Below, in pieces: positions 9,926 to 20,200 of a stretch of DNA of 64,000 nucleotides. Under the pieces are notes generated by a model. It did no database searches. It was given only the letters and a program-made list of their open reading frames with translations, and had not been told where the DNA came from. How positions within the stretch are numbered: the stretch's first letter is position 1; every line of letters begins with the position of its first letter. The translations under genes were made by a program, and so were the position numbers. Origin of the DNA: a virus (Duplodnaviria > Caudoviricetes); IMG/VR virus record IMGVR_UViG_3300006734_000007, positions 1,907 through 65,906 of that record. The stretch is one strand, 5' to 3'.

Positions 9926-11000
9926 AGAATGTTATACTGGTGATGATCTTTATAATAATCAATTTGATAATTTAATAGATTTTTCAAAAATTAAAGACAA
10001 AGATTTTAACTATACTTCTGGTACAAAAAAATCTAAAATTTATATTTATCCAAGTACACAAATTTCAAGAACTAAAATTAGAGACTGGTGTAGTAAAAAT
10101 AATGCAGCAATTACTAGAAAAGTTAATGATGCAGATTATAGATTTATTGATTCTAAAGGAATTAATAGTTTATATAGTACAAGACATATGTATATAGTTG
10201 AAAAAAATGATTTAATTGATTTTATTGATCAAGAGCGTCAAATATTTAAAAACATTCCTGATATTTTACAATTAAAAGATTTTATATCTAAACATCCTGA
10301 AAATGAAATTTTACTAGATATTTGGAAAGAATATTTGGATAGAAATCTATTATTTAGTAGTAATAATAGTCATATACTTAGTAAAGGTTATAAAGGTCCT
10401 CAAAAGTTATTAGCAAAGAAAGGAAACGGAGCTCAATATATAAGTATTATTTCATCAAAACATCCAGAATTAGTACAAGTAGATGATAATGAATTAGATA
10501 TCTCTAATCTATATAATGTAGAAAAGCTTATATCCCTTCAAAGTTCTGATGCACCTACTTTAACTAAAGAATCCAAAGAGCAAATTGAAGCAATGTTTAA
10601 TTCTAGTAATACAGAAGATCGAGAACTTGCTTTAGAAATGCTTTGTAACTTTAATTACAATGAAAATCTTTACTACTTTTTAGAATTACTTCAAAAGTAT
10701 GCAGGAATAATTCGCTATTTAAAAGGTAAATCTCATGTCAATTATAAAACACTTTTAAAATATCTTAATATATCTGATCCAGGTTATTTATCAAGACATA
10801 AAAATCTTGAAATATTAATGGATAAAGAAGCATTAAAAACTGAACATATTAAAGATTTAGCAGATAATGTTTTTAGAGAAATTAATAATGGACTTAGTAT
10901 GAATTGGGTTGATGGTGGTAGAACATTTAATATTAAAGGATTAGAAATTAAACCTGAAAGTAAGTTAGCAAAATACATAAGTGATGGAAAACACAAATGA
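9876..11000 (+). CDS. paralog of preceding gene (BRCT-like + helical domain)
   Basis: KIYIYPSTQISRTKIRDWCSKNNAAITRKVNDADYRFI and EQIEAMFNSSNTEDRELALEMLCNFNY. Confidence 0.65.
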   Translation: MKKRIVIKELIQNVKYEECYTGDDLYNNQFDNLIDFSKIKDKDFNYTSGTKKSKIYIYPSTQISRTKIRDWCSKNNAAITRKVNDADYRFIDSKGINSLYSTRHMYIVEKNDLIDFIDQERQIFKNIPDILQLKDFISKHPENEILLDIWKEYLDRNLLFSSNNSHILSKGYKGPQKLLAKKGNGAQYISIISSKHPELVQVDDNELDISNLYNVEKLISLQSSDAPTLTKESKEQIEAMFNSSNTEDRELALEMLCNFNYNENLYYFLELLQKYAGIIRYLKGKSHVNYKTLLKYLNISDPGYLSRHKNLEILMDKEALKTEHIKDLADNVFREINNGLSMNWVDGGRTFNIKGLEIKPESKLAKYISDGKHK

Positions 11001-11991
11001 TGAATTATTAGATGAATTTTATAATCAAGATTTCTTTTTTAGTTACTCTTCATTAAACAAACTTTTATATGCGCCAATTACATTTTATAATTGGTATATA
11101 TTACAAGAACGCGAAGACAAGTTAGAAAGTTATCTTATGGAAGGTAAAATAATTCATTGTTTATTATTAGATAAAAAATCTTTTGATAAACAATTTATTA
11201 TAATGCCTGGATCTGTTCCAACAGCCACTAGTTTTAAAGTAGTAAACGCTATTTATAAACTTTGGAAAAATACTGTAGAAAAAGATCTAAATAAAACACT
11301 TAAAAATTACAGTAGTGAAATTTTACAATGGTTGGTAGATGATAATACTTATCAAAAGCTATCAGATGATACCAAAAGATTAGATAAAATTCTTACAACT
11401 GAAAATGAAACATATTTTCAATTTCTTTTATCATCAGAAAATAAAGATGTAATTGATCAACAAACCCTTGATAGATGCAATGAAGTAGTAGAACTTCTAA
11501 AACAAAACACAAAAATTAAAGAGTTGATCAAATACAACAGAAAATCTGATGAATTTACTGAGATTTACAATGAAAAAATGCTCAAAGTAAAAATTCAAGA
11601 CTGGAAATTTGGAATTAAAGGAATTATTGATAATTTTGTTATTGACCACCTCTCAGAAACTATTTACATTAATGATCTTAAGACCACCTCAAAAACACTT
11701 CATGACTTTGAAGATAGTGTAGATTATTATAAGTATTGGTTACAAGTCGGAATTTATAAAAAATTAGTAAAAGCTTTTGCAAAAAGTAAAAGTTATGAAA
11801 ATTACAAAATTAAATTTCATTTTATTGTAATCGATAAGTATAACCAAATCTATGCTTTTCCAGTAAGTGATAATACATTATCTGACTGGAGCATTAAAAC
11901 AGGTGAAGTATTAGAAGAAGCTAAGTATCATTATGAGAATAAACAATATGACTTACCTAAAACATTTGCTTTAGATCAGATAGAACTTTAA
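10981..11991 (+). CDS. PD-(D/E)xK exonuclease (RecE/Cas4-like superfamily)
   Basis: FSYSSLNK, GKIIHCLLL, EIYNE, KGIIDNF, INDLKTT, YWLQVGIY. Confidence 0.88.
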   Translation: MMENTNDELLDEFYNQDFFFSYSSLNKLLYAPITFYNWYILQEREDKLESYLMEGKIIHCLLLDKKSFDKQFIIMPGSVPTATSFKVVNAIYKLWKNTVEKDLNKTLKNYSSEILQWLVDDNTYQKLSDDTKRLDKILTTENETYFQFLLSSENKDVIDQQTLDRCNEVVELLKQNTKIKELIKYNRKSDEFTEIYNEKMLKVKIQDWKFGIKGIIDNFVIDHLSETIYINDLKTTSKTLHDFEDSVDYYKYWLQVGIYKKLVKAFAKSKSYENYKIKFHFIVIDKYNQIYAFPVSDNTLSDWSIKTGEVLEEAKYHYENKQYDLPKTFALDQIEL

Positions 11992-11997
11992 TTCTAT

Positions 11998-12585
11998 ATG
12001 GCCATAAAAAAACAAGTGAAAGATTTGTATGATGGATACTTTCAAAAGTCCAGAGTCTTTTTGTATTCTAGTTTAGGAATTAAAAAGACTAGTATTGCTC
12101 CCCTTCAAACTTATGTATCTTGGGAAGATAAAATACAATTAAATGATCAAAAGTTAATTACATGTTTTCATTTACGTGATGATTCAGAATTTGTAAATTT
12201 TGAAGAAAATGTAATTTTTAAAAATCAATATTTTGATTCAATGGAAATTATTGAAAATAATAAAATACTTTATATTTTTGATTTATCTACTGAATCAAAA
12301 AATTGGGATCATTTTATAAATGGTAGATACTCACAATTAGATAATTTTCATAAGAATGCAATACGTAAGTTTTATGGATCTGATAGCATTAATTATGCTT
12401 ATATAGATACTTACTTACATCCTGAGAACTATTATGATTTATATGCTAAATTTTTATGTCCAGATCAACAAGATATTCCTAATATGATTAAAATTCTTAA
12501 AAGTGTAACTGAATTATGCGATAAACCTAATTTAGGATTAGAACATTTAAAAAGTATAAATGTTTTGGATCTTAAAAAGGTTTAA
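11998..12585 (+). CDS. hypothetical protein
   Basis: 195-aa ORF in the operon; FINGRYSQL and ELCDKPNL segments, function unknown. Confidence 0.7.
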   Translation: MAIKKQVKDLYDGYFQKSRVFLYSSLGIKKTSIAPLQTYVSWEDKIQLNDQKLITCFHLRDDSEFVNFEENVIFKNQYFDSMEIIENNKILYIFDLSTESKNWDHFINGRYSQLDNFHKNAIRKFYGSDSINYAYIDTYLHPENYYDLYAKFLCPDQQDIPNMIKILKSVTELCDKPNLGLEHLKSINVLDLKKV

Positions 12586-12594
12586 CTATTTTTG
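12564..12594 (+). promoter_or_regulatory. Bacteroidota-type promoter
   Basis: TTTG at 12564-12567, 19-bp spacer, TATTTTTG at 12587-12594: exact consensus, 17 nt before the ATG at 12612. Confidence 0.7.
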
Positions 12595-12611
12595 TTGAAA
12601 ACAATATTATT

Positions 12612-13049
12612 ATGCCAACAAAAAAATTAATTGAACCAAGTATGATTTTAATATCATCAAATTGGGGTCCTACAGAAAGTTTTAAAATGATTCCGGCATC
12701 TAAAGAATGTCCTTATGTAGAATGTATTTATAATCCAACAGGTAAAGTATTAGCTGTAATTGGTACTATTAGTAAAGAAGCTTTTCACACAGTACCAAGA
12801 CTAAATGAAGATGGAGATCCGCAAAAACGCAAATTTCCAACTGAACAACAACCTCATAAAACTCAAAGAATTATGCAGGAAACATTTAGTGAATATTACA
12901 TTTTTGGAAAAGATGAAGTAGAAGCATTTATTAAAATGTTTGCTATTAATGCAGAAAGTTTTGATTATTCAAAATATACTGACATGAAAACTATGGATTC
13001 ACCAAACGCAAGTGGAATTGAAACACCACCACTTATTATTGAACCATAA
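12612..13049 (+). CDS. hypothetical protein
   Basis: 145-aa ORF with its own promoter and terminator. Confidence 0.75.
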   Translation: MPTKKLIEPSMILISSNWGPTESFKMIPASKECPYVECIYNPTGKVLAVIGTISKEAFHTVPRLNEDGDPQKRKFPTEQQPHKTQRIMQETFSEYYIFGKDEVEAFIKMFAINAESFDYSKYTDMKTMDSPNASGIETPPLIIEP

Positions 13050-13068
13050 TTTAACTAACCAGATATCT

Positions 13069-13102
13069 AAAGGAGAGTGATTTATATTGCTCTCCTTTTT
13101 TT
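13069..13102 (+). terminator. intrinsic terminator
   Basis: AAAGGAGAGTGAT...ATTGCTCTCCTTT stem ending in a T7 run. Confidence 0.8.
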
Positions 13103-13118
13103 GGCTAAAAATTAATGT

Positions 13119-15137
13119 ATGAAACAACATTGGGTAATGGACTATGAAACAATGAAAGATTGTTTTGTAGCTGTATTTGAAAATTATAACACTGCAGAAC
13201 AACATATTTTTGTTGTATCAAAAATCGCAAATAACTATCTTGGTTTTAATGATTTTATTGAATTCCTAAATAAGAATATTGAAAACCAAGAAAGACACAT
13301 TTCTTACAATGGTTTAGGATTTGATGCCCAAGTTACAGAATCTATTCTTGAAAATGCTTTTAACTGGTCCGGATATTCAAATGAAAAAATTGCCGCAAAG
13401 ATATATGAAATAGCTCAAACTGTTATATCACTATCTAATGCTGGAGAATTTTTACCATTTTATGAAGGTAAAATGCGCATTCCACAACTTGATGTATTTA
13501 AATTAAATCACTGGGATAATGCTGCAAAAAGATCAAGCTTAAAATGGATTCAATTTATGATTGATTGGCATAATCTTGAAGATATGCCTATGGAACACTA
13601 TGAAGAAGTTAATACAATAGAAGAATTAGATATGATTGTAAACTATTGTATTAATGATGTTAAATCAACTAAACAAATATTACGTTTATGTAAAGATCAA
13701 ATTGCTCTAAGAAAACAATTAACAGATACATATAATCTTAATTTGATGAGTGCATCTGAACCTAAAATTTCAAAAGAACTATTCTTATATTATCTTACTC
13801 AAGATGGTAAACATAGAAAGAATGACATTAAGTATTCTAAAACAAAGCGTAATGAAATTATAGTTAAAGATCTTATTCTACCTTATATAGAATTTGAACA
13901 TCCTGAATTTGTAAAACTGCATAATAAGTTTAAAGATTTAATTATTGATCCTGAATATACAAAAGGAGCTTTTAAAGAATCTATAAATTATAATGGAGTT
14001 ATTACAGATTTTGGTTTAGGTGGTTTACACGGTGCTAGACAAAGTGGAGTTTATGAATCTGATGAAGAAATGATTATTGTTTCTTCTGATGTAGTAAGTT
14101 TCTATCCTAATATGGCAATTAGAAATGAATGGGCGCCAGCTCATTTACCTAAAACAAAATTTTGTAATCAGTATGAATGGTTTTTTAATGAAAGAAAAAA
14201 GATTCCTAAATCAAATCCTATTAATTATGTATTTAAGATTATACTAAATAGTACATACGGTTTATCTAATGATAAGTATTCATATTTCTATGATCCACAG
14301 ATGACAATGCAAATTACAGTGAATGGCCAATTAAGTCTAATGTTATTGTATGAAATGATTGTACAAAATATTCCAGGGTCAATTCCACTAATGCAGAATA
14401 CTGATGGTTTAGAAACTATGATTCCTCGTAAGTATAAAGATCAATATTTTAAAATATGTAAGCAATGGGAAGAAAAAACAAAATTAAAATTAGAACATGA
14501 TTATTATCAAAAATTAATTATTGCAGATGTAAATACATATATAGCAGTACATGATTATAAAGAAATCGATGATAAAGATTATTGGAAAATTAAAAATGAA
14601 AATCCACATTACTTATATAAACAAGAAAATGGAAAATCATATTATGCACCAACTAAATGCAAAGGTCGGTTTGCTTGGGAATCATTTACTAAATATGATG
14701 TATCAACATTACATAAGAATAAAAGTTCATTAATAGTTTCTAAAGCTATTTATAACTTTTTTGTACATAATATTAGTCCTGAAAAAACTTTAGCAGAAAA
14801 TAGAAATATATATGACTATTGTAATGCTGTACGTATAAAAGGAACATGGAAATTTACTAAAGTTTTTGTTGAAAATAGTGAATACAAAGAAGAAGATCTT
14901 TCTAAAACAGTAAGATATTATATAAGTAAGAAGGGTTGTAAAATCCTTAAAAAGCATAAATCAGATGGTCGAATTACACAAGTAGAAGCCGGCAAATGGT
15001 TATGTACTTTATTTAATAAATATGAAAAGAAAGATTGGAAAGACTATAATATCGATGAAACTTATTATTTAAAAGCTATCTACAAAGAGATAGATAATAT
15101 AGCTCAAAGTAGATTTAAACAACTTTATTTATTTTAA
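13119..15137 (+). CDS. polB: family B DNA polymerase with 3'-5' exonuclease
   Basis: ExoI DYE, ExoII YNGLGFD, ExoIII YCINDV, motif A DVVSFYPN, motif B KIILNSTYG, motif C NTDG. Confidence 0.95.
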   Translation: MKQHWVMDYETMKDCFVAVFENYNTAEQHIFVVSKIANNYLGFNDFIEFLNKNIENQERHISYNGLGFDAQVTESILENAFNWSGYSNEKIAAKIYEIAQTVISLSNAGEFLPFYEGKMRIPQLDVFKLNHWDNAAKRSSLKWIQFMIDWHNLEDMPMEHYEEVNTIEELDMIVNYCINDVKSTKQILRLCKDQIALRKQLTDTYNLNLMSASEPKISKELFLYYLTQDGKHRKNDIKYSKTKRNEIIVKDLILPYIEFEHPEFVKLHNKFKDLIIDPEYTKGAFKESINYNGVITDFGLGGLHGARQSGVYESDEEMIIVSSDVVSFYPNMAIRNEWAPAHLPKTKFCNQYEWFFNERKKIPKSNPINYVFKIILNSTYGLSNDKYSYFYDPQMTMQITVNGQLSLMLLYEMIVQNIPGSIPLMQNTDGLETMIPRKYKDQYFKICKQWEEKTKLKLEHDYYQKLIIADVNTYIAVHDYKEIDDKDYWKIKNENPHYLYKQENGKSYYAPTKCKGRFAWESFTKYDVSTLHKNKSSLIVSKAIYNFFVHNISPEKTLAENRNIYDYCNAVRIKGTWKFTKVFVENSEYKEEDLSKTVRYYISKKGCKILKKHKSDGRITQVEAGKWLCTLFNKYEKKDWKDYNIDETYYLKAIYKEIDNIAQSRFKQLYLF

Positions 15138-15138
15138 T

Positions 15139-16626
15139 ATGCCAAAGAAAATTATCAATACAACAGAAAATGATCTTAGAAATGTAACACTTCCATCACA
15201 TGGTGGAAAATATGGAGTTATCTCACATGGTTACATAATGGATAAGGTCGAAGAAGAATTACAAAAGAAAGGTCTATCTATAAAAGATCAATCATTTAGA
15301 GCTACTCATAATGGTGAAGTAGCTCAAGGTGTTTATTATCTGAATTATGGAAATGATTCAGAAATCTCATTAATGTTTGCATGGGGTAACTCATATGATA
15401 AAACACAAAGATTTAAATGCGCAGTAGGTGCCTATGTATTTGTTTGCGGAAATGGAATGCTAGTAGGTGACATGTGTAATTATGGTCGTAAACATTTAGG
15501 CACAGCTAAAGATGATGTTACTGAAACTATAGAACAACAAATTGCTTCAGTACAATCATATTTTAATAAGCTTGTATCTGATAAAGATACAATGAAAAAT
15601 ATTGTACTAACTGATACTGAGATTCATGATCTTATAGGTAGACTTTATCTTAAAGATGAAGTTATTACAGTAACACAATTAGTTAATCTAAAAGATGAAT
15701 TAGAAGATCCATCTTATAACTATGGTGTTGCTTATAATACATTGTGGCATGTATATAATTGTGTGACACATGTATTAAAAGAATCACATCCTCGTACTTG
15801 GTTGGAAGATCAAAAAGAACTTCACGCAATTATTAAATCCATGTTCTTCCCTAAGACTCCATTTGTTAATCCTAATCAGTTAGATCTAGCAGTAGAAGCT
15901 GAAAAAGCTGAAGCAGTTATGGAAAATGATGAACCGGAACTTACTGAAGAAGAAAAAGAAGAAAGACGTTTGATGATGGAAGCTTATCAAGATGACATTG
16001 CAAATGGCGAGTATCCATATGTTGATGAAGATGGAACAGAAATTATAGATGAAATTCCTGCAACAAATGCTGATGTAACAACAACTGAAGACAATGATCT
16101 TAGTGAACTAACTAGTAACACAGAATCAGATATTCTTGTTTTAGATGATTTTGTAGAATTAGATGAACCAGAAGAACTAATCAATGAAATAGAAGAAGAT
16201 GCTACAGAAGAACCTGCTGAAAGTGGAGAAGAACCTGAGCCTGAACTTGAAACTGATGAGACTGGTCTACTAATTCTATCATCTGATGATGAAGAACCAA
16301 ATTTAGACTCTGATGTTGTTACAGATGAAGTTATAATTGATGATGAAGAATTGGATGAAACTGATGATGATCTTGAGAAAGAAATAGATGATGCAATTTC
16401 TGCAGATCTTGAAATGCAAGAAATTAAAACTGAATCTATAATTCAAGAAAGAGAAAATGAAGACATCTCTTTAGATCAAGAATCTCAAATTACACCAATT
16501 CCTAATCTAGATGAACCTGTTCAAATTATGTCTCCTGAAGAAGCAAAGGAAAAGTCAGAAATAGATTTTTCTTTAGATAATAATTCAGAAACAAATGATG
16601 AACTGGAGTCGCCATTTGATTTCTGA
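15139..16626 (+). CDS. DUF932-family protein with long acidic C-terminal extension
   Basis: NSYDKT, VFVCGNGM, RKHLG, TLWHVYNCVT; the last ~240 aa are D/E-rich. Confidence 0.8.
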   Translation: MPKKIINTTENDLRNVTLPSHGGKYGVISHGYIMDKVEEELQKKGLSIKDQSFRATHNGEVAQGVYYLNYGNDSEISLMFAWGNSYDKTQRFKCAVGAYVFVCGNGMLVGDMCNYGRKHLGTAKDDVTETIEQQIASVQSYFNKLVSDKDTMKNIVLTDTEIHDLIGRLYLKDEVITVTQLVNLKDELEDPSYNYGVAYNTLWHVYNCVTHVLKESHPRTWLEDQKELHAIIKSMFFPKTPFVNPNQLDLAVEAEKAEAVMENDEPELTEEEKEERRLMMEAYQDDIANGEYPYVDEDGTEIIDEIPATNADVTTTEDNDLSELTSNTESDILVLDDFVELDEPEELINEIEEDATEEPAESGEEPEPELETDETGLLILSSDDEEPNLDSDVVTDEVIIDDEELDETDDDLEKEIDDAISADLEMQEIKTESIIQERENEDISLDQESQITPIPNLDEPVQIMSPEEAKEKSEIDFSLDNNSETNDELESPFDF

Positions 16627-16633
16627 TAATAAG

Positions 16634-16664
16634 AAAGGGAGAGTTTTTAGCTCTCCCTTTTTTT
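16634..16664 (+). terminator. intrinsic terminator
   Basis: AAAGGGAGAGT/GCTCTCCCTTT stem ending in a T7 run, just after the DUF932 stop. Confidence 0.85.
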
Positions 16665-16761
16665 ACCCTTAAAAAAATCAAATGAACCATTTGATGATAA
16701 TTGTATACATAATGTATATAATCACTATTCAATCAATACAAATATAATAAATAATAATTTA

Positions 16762-17148
16762 ATGCTATATTTTACAATACTTTTTTGGATTTTAAAAATT
16801 GCATCTGATGCTGCAATGGATGTAATTACTTTTAAATATAATAGATCTATATTTAGTACATTAAATGAAAATTATTGGAATCATAAAAAAAGTTATAGAA
16901 ATAAATTTAAAAATAAAATGCCTTTTAAAGGAGCTGCTTATCCTGGATCTAGAACTATTTTTGTGTTTTTAACAGATGGGTTTCATTTATTACAGTTTAT
17001 ATCATACATGTCTGGCGGTTTAGCTTTTATATTTTTAGTAGAATCACAAATTTTAAATAATTGGTTTCACTATTTATTATTACTATTAATAATAAAAGTT
17101 AGCTATGACTATTTATTTTATTTATTTAGAAATAGAATTTTTTTGTAA
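16762..17148 (+). CDS. small integral membrane protein
   Basis: Three hydrophobic segments, with VFLTDGFHLLQ; lies between two terminators. Confidence 0.65.
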   Translation: MLYFTILFWILKIASDAAMDVITFKYNRSIFSTLNENYWNHKKSYRNKFKNKMPFKGAAYPGSRTIFVFLTDGFHLLQFISYMSGGLAFIFLVESQILNNWFHYLLLLLIIKVSYDYLFYLFRNRIFL

Positions 17149-17185
17149 TTAAAAGTACATATTTTGCTCTAATATGTGTTTTAAG

Positions 17186-17227
17186 AAAATAGGGATAGAC
17201 CATTGTGGTTTATCCCTATTTTTTTTT
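17186..17227. terminator. bidirectional terminator at the convergence of the replication and virion blocks
   Basis: AAAATAGGGATAGACCA/TGGTTTATCCCTATTTT stem, T9 run on the + strand and A-rich flank for the - strand. Confidence 0.85.
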
Positions 17228-17237
17228 AATTCTATAT

Positions 17238-20200
17238 TTACCTATTTATTGCACCCCAAAGATCACGAGTTGCTTGTTCTGGATCAAATAATTTATCTGC
17301 TTTAAATCCTACAATTTTATATAAAACTCTTTCTCCTTTCCAAGCACCTGCTTGTCTATAAGTTGTATATCCAGAATCTCTTTTATAAAAAGCTTTTTCT
17401 GACCCCATTAAACCTCCAGCTGTAAGAGAAACTACATTAGATAAATTTTCTACTGCTTGTGAAGAAATACTTAAATCTTTAAACATTCTTATCCATTCTC
17501 TAGGATTTTGAAAAAATCTATTTTCTACATCTGTATTAAGAGCTACTAACAAAGCTTGATTTTGCAACCATCCTCCAAAATTATAATCTTTATTTGCATC
17601 GTCAATTGTCCAAGGTCCTGGCATAGCACTACTTCTTTCTCTTATTTTTTTCCATTTATCTGGATCTTCTGGATCCCAATCAATTCCAAAAATAGTAAGC
17701 CACATCCATAACCATAGTTTTGCTTTTATAGGATCTGATATAGTTCTTCCTACTGCAAACCAATCTTCTTTAGTTGGTTTATATTGTGGATGTTCTTTAG
17801 ATATAAGTCTATGAATCATTCTAGAGCTTCTAGCCCAATACCCCATTTCAAATCTTTGCAAAGCAGGATTCCAATGTTCTTCTAAATTCTTAAAATCAAA
17901 TCTTTTTGTTTTAAAAATTCCAGATTTTTGCATTCTTCGATCAGCATAAAATCTTCTCATTAACATTTTAGGAAAGAATCTACGCATTGAAAAAATAGGC
18001 CTTGCTAATACATATTGAGATATTGCGCCTTGTTCTGCAGCTGCATAAGCTCCTTGATTAAAGTTTTGATATTCGTGTATAGCATTCTTAATCCTGTTAA
18101 ATTCAGAACCTCCTGGTGCATATTTTTTATCTATACCACTTTTAAGTTTAATATCATTTGTTTTAGGATCAATTTCCCAAGCATCAATATAATTAAGTAC
18201 TTCAACTTGATCTCCTACTTTTCTGTCTACTTTTACAGTATGCATTGCAGCAGAAAAGAATTCCATACTAGCTAAAAGTTCTAACCATTTTCTTTGAGAA
18301 GTTGTCCAACTTAATGAATAAATATCTTTAAATATATCTCGCGTTACATTATCAGAAAATTTTTCATTAAATCTACCTTGAGCAAAATCAAATAAATCTG
18401 TTAATTGAATATTTATATGATTTGGATCTCTAGTATAAACTTCTTGACTAATCAAACGCATAGTATTTAAAGCCCATGCTTCTCCTGCAAGCGCACCTTT
18501 ATAAGTAACAAGTCCAGAATTATTAAATAATGCTTCTTGTCTTAATTGAAATTGTGCACCAAAATAGTTTTTAAATCCTGACACAGGATCTAATGAAAAG
18601 AATGAATGACTAGCAGATTTTAAAATACTATTTATTAGTTTATCTGTCATGGCCCATCCTTTAGAATCTTTTTTAACTCTTCTTCCCTCCCAATTTATTT
18701 CATATAAAGCATTTACAATAGCTTGTCTATTAGACTTACCAAACTTTTTTCTATCATCATCAGTATAACCTAATGCCATTAATTGATTTGTAGTATACTT
18801 TTTTCTAAGATCATTTATCTTAGTCTCATCAAAATTATTAATAAGATCTTTTATAGCATCTGCTATAGGACTTGTATCTTTTAAAGCCTTATGTTCTAAT
18901 ATTCCTAATCTAAATTTTAATAGTGATCCAATAATATCCATAGATGTCTCATTAACATCCATTTTATATATACCACCAATTGGAATATTATTTCTTTCAA
19001 AGTTTAAATTATGTTCAGCTACTGTAAATTTAAAAGCATTATCATAATTTAAATTATCTTCAAAATCTTCTGGATTGGGTCTAAAATTATCTAAGAAGTT
19101 TTCTTTCCATCTATCAAACTTATTAAATAGTCTATTTGATTCTTTTTCTTTAGTTACTGCAATCTCATAATTGCTTGGTCTATATCTAGCTAGCTCATGC
19201 ATTAATCTTTGCGAAGGTTCATCTATATCTTCTTGCCATTTTAAATTATACTTTTTAATTATTTCTAATAACTCAAAGAATGCTTTGTCTTCTTTATTAG
19301 TAGAATTTTTTAACTTATAATAATCTTGATTGATAAACATGTTGTAAGGCATGTCTTCTGTAAACTGATCTGGATCTTTTTGATACTTAGCTTCCATTGC
19401 CTCTAAACTTTTAGGCATAAAGAAACCTCTATTATCAATATGCTCTCCAACTTTAAGTTCTATTTCTCCAGTATTTGGATCATATCCAGTCCAAAATTCA
19501 GGTTTAACTTCTCTGCGCCAAAATTGTTTTCCAGGTTGACCTATAATAGTAATATCTTTTTCAGAATACTCATCATAAATTTTAGTAGACTCATAATCTT
19601 TTGGATCAGAAGGTCTAACTATATTCCATGCGTCAATCCTTGCATACATTCTTTGAGGTGCACTACCTTTTTGATAAACTGTTGTTTCATAATGACTTGA
19701 TTCAAACCACTCTTTAAACTCTTCATCCATTTCTAAAAACTGATCTATAAATGCTGGATCTAAAAAGTCTTCTTCTTGTACTGATGTCGCAATTTTCTTA
19801 CCTTCTAAAGTTTGAATTAACACTGGTCTAATTAATCTTTGATACCAGTTTTCTGCAATTTCTGTATAATATTTAGTAGGAAGTCTTTCCTGCATATCAT
19901 CTAGTTCTTGCAAAGCTTTAAATAACTTGTTCTTTTGTATCTTGCTGATACCAAGTTTATCTGATTTAGTTTTTAAAAAATCATAATCTTCTTGTTCAAA
20001 TTCAGTTAGCCCCACTAACTTTCCATTAAAATCTCTTTCTTTCTTTTTTCTTCTGCGTAGAATATCCCAATACTCTTGCATTCTTTCCATCTCTTCACCA
20101 GTAAGACCCATTAAATTCATTACTGCTGCTTTAGAAGATTCTTTTAATTCATGAAGTCTTTTAATCTCAGCAAGCTGTTCTTCTGTCATATCATCACCTT

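Noticed and set aside
13119-15137. Intein or intron in PolB (also checked DnaB and the RNAP)
   Set aside because: Motif spacing is compact, and no Cys...His-Asn splice ends or homing endonuclease motifs were seen.
2567-16732. Short - strand ORFs and the 14551-14733 alternative-frame ORF in the replication block
   Set aside because: Shadow ORFs overlapping well-supported genes.
16682-16747. 21-codon hydrophobic mini-ORF upstream of the membrane gene
   Set aside because: Too short; expected by chance in AT-rich DNA and has no supporting signal.
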